Assembly (NCBI GenBank): GCA_945876945.1
Contig: CAMCQE010000005.1
Span: forward strand, 922 to 64,921
Direction: 5' to 3'
DNA length: 64,000 nucleotides
Source of the DNA: Klebsiella pneumoniae
Lineage (GTDB): Bacteria > Pseudomonadota > Gammaproteobacteria > Ga0077536
Position numbers and translations under genes: made by a program. The notes under the pieces were generated by a model. The model saw only the letters and a list, made by a program, of their open reading frames with translations. It made no database searches and had not been told where the DNA came from. Shown one piece after another: positions 16,611 to 26,737 of this stretch (the stretch's first letter is position 1; every line of letters starts with the position of its first letter).

Positions 16611-18001
16611 GCGGCGTGAGTCATATCGGTGAGAGCGGTCAGCAAAGGATGGCGCGGCCCGAGCGACTGCAGGCGCCCGGCGGCGTTCAGCAGTTTCATG
16701 CGCTCAAGCCAGGCTTCAAACTCCGGGGCGTGTTTGAGGCCGAAGGCTTCGCGCAGGTAGAGCGCATCGTGAAACGAGGTGCTCTGATAGTTCAGCATGA
16801 TGTCGTCGGCGCCCGGAATCCCCATGATGTAGGTGACGCCGGCCGCCGCGAGCACGGTGAGGAGATTGTCCATATCGTCCTGATCGGCTTCGGCGTGATT
16901 CGTGTAGCACACGTCGCAGCCCAGCGGCACGCCCATCAGCTTGCCGCAGAAATGGTCTTCCAAACCCGCGCGAATAATCTGTTTGCCGTCGTAGAGATAT
17001 TCCGGGCCGATAAACCCGACCACCGTATTGACCAGCAAGGGCCGGAACTCGCGGGCCACGGCGTACGCGCGGGCCTCGCAGGTTTGCTGATCCACGCCGT
17101 GATGCGCGTTGGCCGACAGCGCGCTGCCCTGGCCGGTCTCGAAATACATCACGTTGTCGCCCACCGTGCCGCGCTTGAGACTTAAGGCCGCCTCATGGGC
17201 TTCTTTCAGCATCGCGAGGGTGATCCCAAAACTCTGATTGGCGGCCTCGGTGCCGGCCACCGATTGAAACACCAGATCGATGGGCGCGCCGGCTTCCATC
17301 GCTTTGATCTGGCTGGTGACGTGGGTCAACACGCAGCTCTGGGTCGGCACTTCAAAGCGCTGAATGACCTCATCCACCATCCGCCACAGGCCATTCAATA
17401 CCGGCAGGCTGTCGCTGGCGGGATTGATGCCAATCACCGCGTCGCCCGAACCATAGAGCAGGCCATCAAGGATGGACGCCGCCACGCCTTTCACATCGTC
17501 CGTCGGATGATTCGGTTGCAGCCGGACCGCGAGTCGCCCGGGCAAACCGATGGTATTGCGGAAGCGGGTAATCACCCGGCACTTGCGCGCGACCAGAATC
17601 AAATCCTGATTGCGCATCAGTTTGGAGACGGCAGCGGCACACTCCGGCGTGATCGCCGGCGCGATTCGCGCCAAGGTCGCCTCGTCGGTCGATTCCAGCA
17701 GCAGCCAGTTGCGGAAGTCGCCCACCGTGAAATGGGCAATTTCAGCGAACGCGCTCACCGCGTGCCGGTCGCAAATGAGCCGCGTGACTTCGTCCAATTC
17801 ATAAGGGATCAGCGGCTTGTTCACGATCTCGGCCAGCGTGACCTCGGCCAGACACAGGCGGGCGGCCATGCGCTCCACCGCGCTGGCGGCCCCTATTCCG
17901 GCGAGGTAGTCACCAGATCGGGCCGGCGAGGCTTTCGCCAGCAAAGTTTTGAGGTCAGCGAAGCGATAGCCTGAGCCGTTGATGGTGTGAGCGTAGGACA
18001 C
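16607..18001 (-). CDS. eutB: ethanolamine ammonia-lyase large subunit
   Basis: 464 aa, EutB-like throughout (YRFADLKTLLAKASP..., GIPGADDIMLNYQSTSFHD). Confidence 0.93.
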   Translation of the reverse strand: MSYAHTINGSGYRFADLKTLLAKASPARSGDYLAGIGAASAVERMAARLCLAEVTLAEIVNKPLIPYELDEVTRLICDRHAVSAFAEIAHFTVGDFRNWLLLESTDEATLARIAPAITPECAAAVSKLMRNQDLILVARKCRVITRFRNTIGLPGRLAVRLQPNHPTDDVKGVAASILDGLLYGSGDAVIGINPASDSLPVLNGLWRMVDEVIQRFEVPTQSCVLTHVTSQIKAMEAGAPIDLVFQSVAGTEAANQSFGITLAMLKEAHEAALSLKRGTVGDNVMYFETGQGSALSANAHHGVDQQTCEARAYAVAREFRPLLVNTVVGFIGPEYLYDGKQIIRAGLEDHFCGKLMGVPLGCDVCYTNHAEADQDDMDNLLTVLAAAGVTYIMGIPGADDIMLNYQSTSFHDALYLREAFGLKHAPEFEAWLERMKLLNAAGRLQSLGPRHPLLTALTDMTHAA

Positions 18002-18093
18002 AGTTCACCTCGCAAAGACTGGGCGGAAAGGGCGCGCCGCAGCGGGGAATATGCACCTGCAACATGGCCGCCAGCAACCCATCTTGGGCGAGA

Positions 18094-19146
18094 TCAAGCC
18101 CGTTCGTACCAGCCTTTGGTCTGGTTGACGATACGCACCACCAACAGCATCACCGGCACTTCAATCAGTACGCCCACCACCGTGGCCAAGGCCGCGCCGG
18201 ACTTGAAGCCAAACAGGCTGATCGCCGCCGCCACCGCCAGTTCAAAAAAGTTGCTGGCCCCAATCAGCGCCGACGGGCAGGCCACGTTGTGTGCCTCGCC
18301 CAGCCGCCGGTTCAACCAATAGGCCAGCGCCGAGTTAAAAAACACCTGAATCAGGATGGGCACCGCCAGCATGGCGATTACCAGCGGTTGCTGAAGAATG
18401 GCTTCGCCCTGAAACCCGAACAGCAGCACCAGCGTCGCGAGCAGCGCTGTGATGGACCACGGCCCAATCTTTGCGAGGGTGGCGTCAAACGCGGCTGGGC
18501 CCGCCTTGAGCAGGCGCGCCCGCCACACTTGCGCGAGCAGCACCGGAATCACGATGTAGAGCACCACCGAGGTGAGCAGCGTCGCCCATGGCACGGTGAT
18601 GGAAGACAACCCGAGTAGCAGCGCCACAATGGGCGCAAAAGCGAACACCATGATGGTGTCGTTGAGCGCCACCTGCGACAGCGTAAAAAGCGGGTGCCCG
18701 CCGGTGAGGCGACTCCACACAAACACCATTGCCGTGCACGGCGCGGCTGCCAGCAGGATGAGGCCGGCGATGTAGCTGTCGATTTGGTCGGCGGGCAGCC
18801 AGGGCGCGAAAACCTGCCGTATAAATACATAGCCGAGCAGCGCCATCGAAAACGGTTTCACCGCCCAGTTCACAAACAGCGTGACGCCGATGCCGCGCCA
18901 ATGCGCTTTCACCTGCTCGAGCGCGCCGAAGTCCACCTTCAGCAGCATGGGGATAATCATCACCCAAATCAGCAGCCCGACCGGCAAATTGACCTTGGCG
19001 ACCTCCATGCCGCCGATCGCCTGCACCGGGCCGGGCAGCAGTTGCCCTAAAGCAATGCCGGCCAGAATGCATAAGAAAACCCAGACCGTGAGGTAGCGCT
19101 CAAAAACGCTCATCGGCGCGGGGTCCGGGGTGTTCGCGTTGTTCAT
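18094..19146 (-). CDS. acr3: ACR3-family arsenite efflux transporter
   Basis: 350-aa polytopic membrane protein, ACR3-like (FERYLTVWVFLCI..., AAAPCTAMVFVWS). It is the last gene of the ars operon. Confidence 0.9.
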   Translation of the reverse strand: MNNANTPDPAPMSVFERYLTVWVFLCILAGIALGQLLPGPVQAIGGMEVAKVNLPVGLLIWVMIIPMLLKVDFGALEQVKAHWRGIGVTLFVNWAVKPFSMALLGYVFIRQVFAPWLPADQIDSYIAGLILLAAAPCTAMVFVWSRLTGGHPLFTLSQVALNDTIMVFAFAPIVALLLGLSSITVPWATLLTSVVLYIVIPVLLAQVWRARLLKAGPAAFDATLAKIGPWSITALLATLVLLFGFQGEAILQQPLVIAMLAVPILIQVFFNSALAYWLNRRLGEAHNVACPSALIGASNFFELAVAAAISLFGFKSGAALATVVGVLIEVPVMLLVVRIVNQTKGWYERA

Positions 19147-19160
19147 GGTGAAAACTTCTC

Positions 19161-19667
19161 CTAGCGATTAGCGATGTCGGTCAGGGCCAACTGCAGGGCG
19201 GCGCGGTCCATCTCGGCCAGAGGCAAGGACAACAGTTGCAAACAGCGGTAACCCAGCGCCTGCCGGGTGAGTTCAAACGCCCGCCGTTTGGCGCTGTCAT
19301 CCCCGTCCGCGCGCGAGGGATCCGGATAGGGCCAGTGCACTTTGACGGGCGGCGACCCGGGCCGGCCGGTAAAAAGGGGGCAGACTTCCGCCGCCGCGCT
19401 GTCGCACACGGTGATGACGATGTCCAACGCAGGCGCGGTGCTGCCGGTGAACTCATCCCAGCTCTTGCTGCGGAAGCCGCGCGTATCGATGCCACTTCGG
19501 CTCAACACCGCCAGCGCGTGCGGATTCACCACCCCGCCAGGCGCACTGCCGGCACTGTAGGCGCGCACGTCTTTCCCCAGCCGCTCGGCCCAATGGTTGA
19601 GCATGCCCTCGGCCAACACGCTGCGGGCCGAATTATGGGTACACAGAATGAGGACGTTGGTGGCCAT
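19161..19667 (-). CDS. arsC: arsenate reductase, LMW-PTPase (thioredoxin-coupled) type
   Basis: Has the CX5R(S) P-loop LCTHNSARS and a downstream Cys pair VCDSAAAEVCP. Confidence 0.9.
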   Translation of the reverse strand: MATNVLILCTHNSARSVLAEGMLNHWAERLGKDVRAYSAGSAPGGVVNPHALAVLSRSGIDTRGFRSKSWDEFTGSTAPALDIVITVCDSAAAEVCPLFTGRPGSPPVKVHWPYPDPSRADGDDSAKRRAFELTRQALGYRCLQLLSLPLAEMDRAALQLALTDIANR

Positions 19668-19676
19668 GCAGCGCTC

Positions 19677-20117
19677 TCAACAGCAGGATGACTTGGGCGG
19701 ACTTACCGGCGCGCAGCACCCGCTGGTGGCGACGGACGGCGCCTCACCGAACACCGGAATATCGCCCAGCGTGTGAAAGAACTCCCAGGGCAAACCCGAG
19801 GGGTCCATGATCCAGTGCTTTTCGCTGCGCGCGTAACAGCACGCCGCCTCGCCCTCGTTGACCAGCGCCAGCTCAGCCCGTGCGGACTGGGTCTTAAGCT
19901 CGGCGAGTTCCTCGCCGGTGTCTGTCTGGAACCCAAAGTGATTAACCCCGGCCGCCTCGCCGCGTGTCGAAATGGCGAAATTCACGCGCGGGTCGTCAAG
20001 CATCCACTTGGCGTAGTCGGCTTCCAGGCGGGTGGGAGGCAGCCCGAAAAGCTGGGAATAGAACACCACGCTGCGGTTGAGATCGGCGACATGCAGATGG
20101 ACGTGAAAGCGTTTCAT
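19677..20117 (-). CDS. arsI: ArsI/CadI-family VOC metalloenzyme (putative C-As lyase)
   Basis: VOC fold. The vicinal Cys pair sits in AACCYARSEKHWIMDPSGLPWEFF, as in ArsI, and there is a Cys-rich tail. The ATG at 20117 follows GAAGGAG, and the 15-codon track extension was dropped. Confidence 0.75.
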   Translation of the reverse strand: MKRFHVHLHVADLNRSVVFYSQLFGLPPTRLEADYAKWMLDDPRVNFAISTRGEAAGVNHFGFQTDTGEELAELKTQSARAELALVNEGEAACCYARSEKHWIMDPSGLPWEFFHTLGDIPVFGEAPSVATSGCCAPVSPPKSSCC

Positions 20118-20127
20118 ACAGACTCCT

Positions 20128-20451
20128 TCAGCAGGGGCAGGATGTTGATGCCACCACCGCACAGGGCTCGCCCTCGCAGCAGTTGGCGGTGAGATAGGCC
20201 AGAAGCTCGTTCATGTGGGCGTATTCCGCGCGGTAAATCAGATGGCGACCGCTGCGTTCAAGGCTAACCAGCCCCGCATGGGCGAGCTCCTTCAGATGAA
20301 AGGACAAGGTGGCCGGCGGCACGCCCAAGGTCGCGCCCAAAATGCCCGGCGTCATCCCCGGCGACCCAGCAACCACCAGCGCCCGAAAAATCCGCAGGCG
20401 ACTGGGCTGAGCGAGCGCCGCGAGCGCCTTGATGACCTGAGTCTCTTCCAT
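20128..20451 (-). CDS. arsR: ArsR-family metalloregulator
   Basis: Has the wHTH LAQPSRLRIFRAL...LSFHLKELAHAGLV. It lacks the CVC motif in helix 3 and instead has a C-terminal NCCEGEPC cluster. It is the first gene of the ars operon. Confidence 0.9.
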   Translation of the reverse strand: MEETQVIKALAALAQPSRLRIFRALVVAGSPGMTPGILGATLGVPPATLSFHLKELAHAGLVSLERSGRHLIYRAEYAHMNELLAYLTANCCEGEPCAVVASTSCPC

Positions 20452-20693
20452 AATTCCATGACCGTGGAAATGAAGCCGGAGTGTAAACGCTTACGAGGGC
20501 TTTGCCAGCGCCTCGCGGTGGGCGGGAGACGCATAGTCGGTTCAGCGCGTGTGGCCACGCGGGCTCACGGCAGGATTCGCCGGGCAGGCCAGCGCAATGT
20601 GGGAGCCCTAAAAGCGCAGGCAATAGGCTGAAAAAAGCCTGTTTCAGCCCTATCCCCAAGCTTCAGGTCTCTGAAATACTCGCCACCACACAG

Positions 20694-20708
20694 TGGCAGC
20701 GCGCGTGC
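20694..20708 (+). promoter_or_regulatory. sigma-54 (-24/-12)-like motif upstream of the RTX gene
   Basis: TGGCAG-CGCGC-GTGC compared with the consensus TGGCAC-N5-TTGC. The GG/GC spacing is correct and it lies about 30 nt before ATG 20737. This is a motif match only. Confidence 0.3.
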
Positions 20709-20736
20709 CGATCTCCCCCTTCGAGGACTTGCCCCC

Positions 20737-22968
20737 ATGGCCGTACTGACCGGCACTTCCGCCAAAAACCGGCTGAGCGGCACCAGCAGTCGCGACACCC
20801 TGAACGGCCTGGCCGGTGACGACACCCTGCTCGGCCTCGCCGGCAGCGACCTGCTGCTGGGGGGCGCCGGAAATGACACCCTGGACGGCGGCGCGGGCGC
20901 CGACACGCTGAACGGCGGCGCGGGGGATGATGTTTATCTGGTCGACGCCGCGCTGGACAAAGTGCTGGAATCCGCCAGCTCAGGCACAGATCTGGTCAAG
21001 AGCACCGTCAGCTACACGCTGCCAACCAATATTGAACAACTCACCCTGCTCGGTAGCGCCGCCCTCAACGCCACCGGCAACGCGCTCGCCAATCGCCTGA
21101 CCGGCAACGCCGGCAACAACCGGTTAAACGGCGGTGTTGGCGCGGACAGCCTGATCGGCGGGGCCGGCAACGACACCTATGTCATCGATAACCTGGGTGA
21201 CCGCATCAGCGATTCCGCCGGCGTCGACACGGTGGAAACCTCCCTCTCCTATCAACTGGGCACCGGCCTCGAGCGCTTGGTCCTGACCGGCGCGGCCTCG
21301 ATCAATGGCACGGGCAACACCCACGCCAACCTCATCACGGGCAACAGCGGCGACAACACGCTCGATGGCGGCACGGGCAACGATACGCTGTTCGGCGCGG
21401 CAGGGGTCGACACCCTCTACGGCGGCGACAACGACGACACCCTCGACGGCGGGGCGGGCGCAGACACCCTCATCGGCGGCGAGGGCAACGATCTGTTCGT
21501 GGTCGACGATGCGGGCGACGTGGTGCTCGACGCTGGCGGCCTCGATACGCTCGCCTGCTCCTTCAGCTATGCGTTGGATGCGGCGCTTGAAAACCTGATC
21601 CTGAGCGGTAGCGCGGCGATTAATGGCGCGGGCAATAGCGGCGCGAACAGCATCAGCGGCAACAGCGGCAACAACACGCTGGACGGCGGCGCCGGCAACG
21701 ACACCCTCATCGGCGGTCTGGGCGACGACACCCTCATTGGTGGCGCCGACAGCGATACCGCGAGTTACGACACTGCGCCCGCCGGCGTCAGCGTGGCGCT
21801 TGCCGCCGGCGTGTTGCTGCGCTATCGCTTCAATACCGATGCGCTGGTCTACAACAACCCGGGGCTCGATCCCGCCAGCACGCTACCTAGCGGGCTCTCC
21901 GGCGGTGGCGCGTGGTCGACGCAAGACGGTACGGCGCTCGAAGTCGCGGGCTTGAAAGGCCAGGGCGTCACGGACACAGCGATCGCGGCCACGAGCTGGC
22001 ACGACGGCAACGCCTTTGTGTTCAGCCTGACGGTGGCGGAGGGTTACGTGCTGGACCTCTCGTCGGTTGATTTCTGGGAACAGGGCTCGAGCGGCAATCG
22101 CGGCTTTGGCCCCACCAGCTGGAGCCTGAGTGCGAACAGCGTGAGTCTGGCAGCCGGCGCCGCCCAGCGCGGCAATCCGGGCGCCGTGCATCTGCTTGAT
22201 TTGAGCGCTCAAAGCGCCCTCGCCGGTACGGTCAACTTCATGCTGGCCGCCACGGGCGCCGCGGATTCGGCGCTCGGTGCGAACAACGCCGCCGGCGCGA
22301 CCTGGCGCGTCGACAACTTCACCCTCACCGGCAGCGTTCGTCCGGCGCAGGCGCCGGCGCAAAATACCGGCGGCGCAGGGAACGATGTATTGCTCGACAT
22401 CGAGCACCTTACCGGCAGCGCCTATGCCGATAGGCTGACCGGCGACGCGAGCGACAACACCTTGACTGGCGGCGCCGGCGCCGACGTACTGGCAGGGCTG
22501 GGCGGCGCGGACCAGCTGCTGGGCGGCGCCGACGCCGACACCCTCTACGGCGACGCGGGCGCCGACACCCTGGATGGCGGCGCCGGCAGCGACGTGCTGG
22601 AGGGGAATGCCGGCAACGACACCTTGAGCGGCGGCGCGGGCGAGGACAGCTTTCGCTTCAGCGCCATGCTGGGCGTTGGCAACGTGGACATCGTGAGCGA
22701 CTTTGCGGGCGCGGGCGCGACCGGCGGCGACGTTCTGTTGCTCGACCGCGACTGGTTCTTTGGGATGACAGCCGGCGCGCTGGCCGGCGCCGCCTTCGAG
22801 ACCGGCACCGCAGCGAGCGCATTCACCACCCGCATCCTCTATGACGCCGTGACAGGCAATCTGTTCTTTGATCAGGACGGCAGCCTGAGCACCTTCAGCC
22901 CCGTGCAGTTCGCCACGCTCAGCACCCATCCGGCCGGTCTGGCCGCGGGCGACTTCCTGATCGGCTGA
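20737..22968 (+). CDS. RTX-type calcium-binding repeat protein (probable type I secretion substrate) with central non-repeat domain
   Basis: 743 aa. It has many GGxGxDxL/I nonapeptide repeats arranged in about 75-aa super-repeats (residues ~1-345 and ~545-640). A repeat-free stretch spans about 350-540. There is no N-terminal signal peptide. Confidence 0.85.
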   Translation: MAVLTGTSAKNRLSGTSSRDTLNGLAGDDTLLGLAGSDLLLGGAGNDTLDGGAGADTLNGGAGDDVYLVDAALDKVLESASSGTDLVKSTVSYTLPTNIEQLTLLGSAALNATGNALANRLTGNAGNNRLNGGVGADSLIGGAGNDTYVIDNLGDRISDSAGVDTVETSLSYQLGTGLERLVLTGAASINGTGNTHANLITGNSGDNTLDGGTGNDTLFGAAGVDTLYGGDNDDTLDGGAGADTLIGGEGNDLFVVDDAGDVVLDAGGLDTLACSFSYALDAALENLILSGSAAINGAGNSGANSISGNSGNNTLDGGAGNDTLIGGLGDDTLIGGADSDTASYDTAPAGVSVALAAGVLLRYRFNTDALVYNNPGLDPASTLPSGLSGGGAWSTQDGTALEVAGLKGQGVTDTAIAATSWHDGNAFVFSLTVAEGYVLDLSSVDFWEQGSSGNRGFGPTSWSLSANSVSLAAGAAQRGNPGAVHLLDLSAQSALAGTVNFMLAATGAADSALGANNAAGATWRVDNFTLTGSVRPAQAPAQNTGGAGNDVLLDIEHLTGSAYADRLTGDASDNTLTGGAGADVLAGLGGADQLLGGADADTLYGDAGADTLDGGAGSDVLEGNAGNDTLSGGAGEDSFRFSAMLGVGNVDIVSDFAGAGATGGDVLLLDRDWFFGMTAGALAGAAFETGTAASAFTTRILYDAVTGNLFFDQDGSLSTFSPVQFATLSTHPAGLAAGDFLIG

Positions 22969-23202
22969 TCTCGCGCCCTCGCAGCGAACCTCACTCCGCA
23001 TCGTTGTCGCGCTTCGCCGTTCTCTGCGCAACGGCGGAGATGCATTAGTGGCCAGTTCTGGGGGAAAATGCCGGCCTGGTACTGTTTGGTACTCCAGCGA
23101 CAGATTTCATGGTCGGACGGCCGCCGGCACCGCACACACGAGCGGCCATCGAACAGCTTCTCCTGGCGATAAATCCAGATCTCTCAACAGGAGACCCGCG
23201 CT

Positions 23203-23802
23203 ATGGTCCTCATGATCGACAACTACGACTCCTTCACCTACAACCTCGTGCAGTACTGCGGGGAGTTGGGGGAGACGGTGGCGGTGCACCGGAACGACGC
23301 CATCACGGTCGCGGAGATCCGCGCCCTGCAGCCGGACCACATCATCCTCTCGCCAGGTCCCTGCACGCCGAACGAGGCCGGCGTGTCGCTGGCGGTGGTG
23401 CACGAGTTGGCGGGCGTGTTCCCCATCCTCGGCGTGTGCCTCGGGCATCAAAGCATCGGGCAAGCCTTCGGCGGCAAGATTGTTCACGCGCGCGAAGTCA
23501 TGCATGGCAAGACCTCGCTCATCCATCACCGCAATACGGATGTCTTTGAAGGCTTGGGCAATCCCTACACTGCCACCCGCTATCACTCGTTGGTAATCGA
23601 TAAAGCGAGCTGCCCGGAGTGTCTGGAAGTCACCGCCTGGACCGCGCATGCCGATGGCAGCATCGACGAAATCATGGGCGTGCGGCATCGGGAACTGCCG
23701 GTGTACGGCGTGCAGTTTCACCCTGAATCCATTTTGACCGAGCACGGGCACGCCCTGCTCCAGAATTTTTTCAACCTGAGCCGCGGTCGCCGCGCGGCCT
23801 GA
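23203..23802 (+). CDS. trpG: anthranilate synthase component II (glutamine amidotransferase)
   Basis: Has [22 protein letters not shown] and the catalytic HPES. It is followed by trpD-trpC. Confidence 0.92.
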   Translation: MVLMIDNYDSFTYNLVQYCGELGETVAVHRNDAITVAEIRALQPDHIILSPGPCTPNEAGVSLAVVHELAGVFPILGVCLGHQSIGQAFGGKIVHAREVMHGKTSLIHHRNTDVFEGLGNPYTATRYHSLVIDKASCPECLEVTAWTAHADGSIDEIMGVRHRELPVYGVQFHPESILTEHGHALLQNFFNLSRGRRAA

Positions 23803-23812
23803 GACCTCCGCA

Positions 23813-24840
<1,028 letters not shown>

Positions 24841-24844
<4 letters not shown>

Positions 24845-25659
24845 GCAACGAAACCACCACCCTTGCCCCCGGCCACGACATCCTGGCCGAAATCATGAGC
24901 TACAAGCTTGGCGAGGTCAGCGCTCGTAGCGGGCACCGATCGCTGGCCGATCTGGAGGCGCTGGCCGCCGCGCAAAGCCCGCCCAGAGGCTTCGAGGCCG
25001 CGCTCCGGCGCAATATCGCGCAAGGCTTGCCGGCGGTGATCGCCGAGTGCAAAAAAGCCTCGCCCTCCAAGGGCGTGATGCGCGAGCACTACGTGCCGGC
25101 CGAGATTGCCAAGTCCTATGCGGCCGGCGGCGCGGCGTGTTTGTCGGTCATCACCGACGAGCATTTTTTTCAGGGTTCGGATGAGCACCTCATCGCGGCC
25201 CGCGCGGCCTGCGCGCTGCCGGTCATCCGCAAGGATTTCATGGTCGACCCCTACCAGATCGTGGAATCGCGCGCGCTGGGCGCGGACTGCGTGCTGCTGA
25301 TTGTGGCCGGCCTCTCTGACCTGCAGCTGCAGGAACTGGCCGACGCCGCCCGGCGGATGGATCTGGATGTGCTGCTGGAAGTGCATAACCGCGAAGAACT
25401 CGAACGCGCGCTGCGCCTGCGGCTGCCGCTCATCGGGATCAATAATCGCGACCTCAAACGTTTCGTCACCGATATTGAAACCACGCTGGGCCTGCTGCGG
25501 GATATTCCGGCAGACCGTCTGGTCATCAGCGAATCCGGCATTAACAGCCGCGAACAGGTGGAGCGTCTGCGCCAACGGGAAGTGAACGCATTTCTGGTGG
25601 GCGAAGCCTTTATGCGCGACCCGGACCCGGGCGAGAAACTGCGCGGCCTATTTTTCTGA
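24841..25659 (+). CDS. trpC: indole-3-glycerol phosphate synthase
   Basis: The ATG at 24841 overlaps the trpD stop (ATGA). Has [23 protein letters not shown] and INNRDL. Confidence 0.93.
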
Positions 25660-26028
25660 GCGGGCCGGCTCGCGGCTGGCGGTGAAACCGAGGCGATTGC
25701 CGCCCGGATCTTCAATCGAGAAATAGGCGCATTCCTCGGGCGTGCCGCGCGCGGTGAAACTGGGCGGCGCGGCATAGCGCACCCCGATGTAGTTCAGATG
25801 GTCGACCGCCCGGTGCCAGTCTTCCCAGCCGGTATCAAGGCCAAATTCCGCAATGCCGGTGTGTATGCCCTGCGCCGCCGGGCCCGCGCCACGCTGCACG
25901 TGCAGCTTGCCGCCGAAAAACTCGAACGTAATCGCCTCTTCGCCCACGCTGGCCAGACGGCAACCCAGCGTGTCCTCGTAGAACAGGCGAGCCGCCGCCA
26001 GATCCGGGCAATACACCACGATCCGCAT
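25648..26028 (-). CDS. VOC (glyoxalase/bleomycin-resistance fold) family protein
   Basis: [22 protein letters not shown]... is a typical VOC beta1-alpha1. The start is uncertain (26028 or 26082). Its 3' end overlaps the trpC 3' end convergently by 12 nt. Confidence 0.6.
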   Translation of the reverse strand: MRIVVYCPDLAAARLFYEDTLGCRLASVGEEAITFEFFGGKLHVQRGAGPAAQGIHTGIAEFGLDTGWEDWHRAVDHLNYIGVRYAAPPSFTARGTPEECAYFSIEDPGGNRLGFTASREPARSEK

Positions 26029-26062
26029 CGCCGGACGGCGCGTGAACTCGTCTAACGGACCG

Positions 26063-26737
26063 CTAGGTTTTTTGTTGGCCATAGCTGGAAAACATCGCAA
26101 TTGCCTCGTCGATTTCGGAGGCCGACAGCAGCACCAGATGGCCGGTCTGCTCGGCCAGCAAATACTGCCGCGCGAGTTCTTCGACTTCCACCGCCGTGCG
26201 CCGCGCCCGCTCCAGATCGGCCCCCAGCGCAATCAGCCCGTGATTGGCCAACAGGCAGGCGCGGCGGTCGATGAGCGCGGCCACCGCGTGGTCCGACAGC
26301 GCCTGGGTGCCGAACGTGGCGTAGGGCGCGCAGCGAACGTTCGCCCCACCGGCCGCGGCGATCATGTAATGGAACGGCGGAATGTCGCGCCGGGTGCAGG
26401 CCAGCGCCGTGGCGTACGGGGAATGGACGTGAACGATCGCGTTGATTTCCGGCCGCGAGAGATAGATATCGCGATGGAAGCGCCACTCGCTGGAGGGCTT
26501 CCAGAATTGATCCAGCGTCTCGCCGGCGAGCGACATCTCTACCATCGTGGGTGGCGCCAGCAGGCTCGGCACCACGCCGGTCGGCGTGATGAGCATGCCG
26601 CGCTCCGTGCGCACGCTCGCATTGCCCGCCGCAGCGCGGTTGAGGCCATCGGCCTCCAGACGCTGCATGACCGTGACCAGCGCTTCGCGTAGCGCCGGGC
26701 TCGCCGGTTTAGCGGAGGAAGAGGTCGTAGGCGACAT
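26063..26737 (-). CDS. class II aldolase/adducin family protein (fuculose-phosphate aldolase-like)
   Basis: Has GNASVR, ITPTG, and the HVHSPYATALA zinc motif. The start is uncertain because it overlaps the ilvA 3' end. Confidence 0.8.
   Translation of the reverse strand: MSPTTSSSAKPASPALREALVTVMQRLEADGLNRAAAGNASVRTERGMLITPTGVVPSLLAPPTMVEMSLAGETLDQFWKPSSEWRFHRDIYLSRPEINAIVHVHSPYATALACTRRDIPPFHYMIAAAGGANVRCAPYATFGTQALSDHAVAALIDRRACLLANHGLIALGADLERARRTAVEVEELARQYLLAEQTGHLVLLSASEIDEAIAMFSSYGQQKT

Noticed and set aside
20623-20653. Hairpin ATAGGCTGAAA-N8-TTTCAGCC(C)TAT in the arsR/RTX intergenic region as an sRNA or terminator
   Set aside because: The stem is AT-poor and short, with a bulge. There is no U-tract, no upstream gene to terminate, and no promoter evidence. 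It may be an operator but cannot be supported.
21883-23031. 382-aa minus-strand ORF
   Set aside because: It is antisense to the RTX gene, and its Ala/Gly/Arg-rich sequence mirrors the repeats. It has no independent coding evidence.
22969-23202. Possible trp attenuator/leader peptide upstream of trpG
   Set aside because: There is no short ORF with tandem Trp codons and no terminator/antiterminator pair followed by a U-tract. The only hairpin is weak (GCCGTT-N8-AACGGC).
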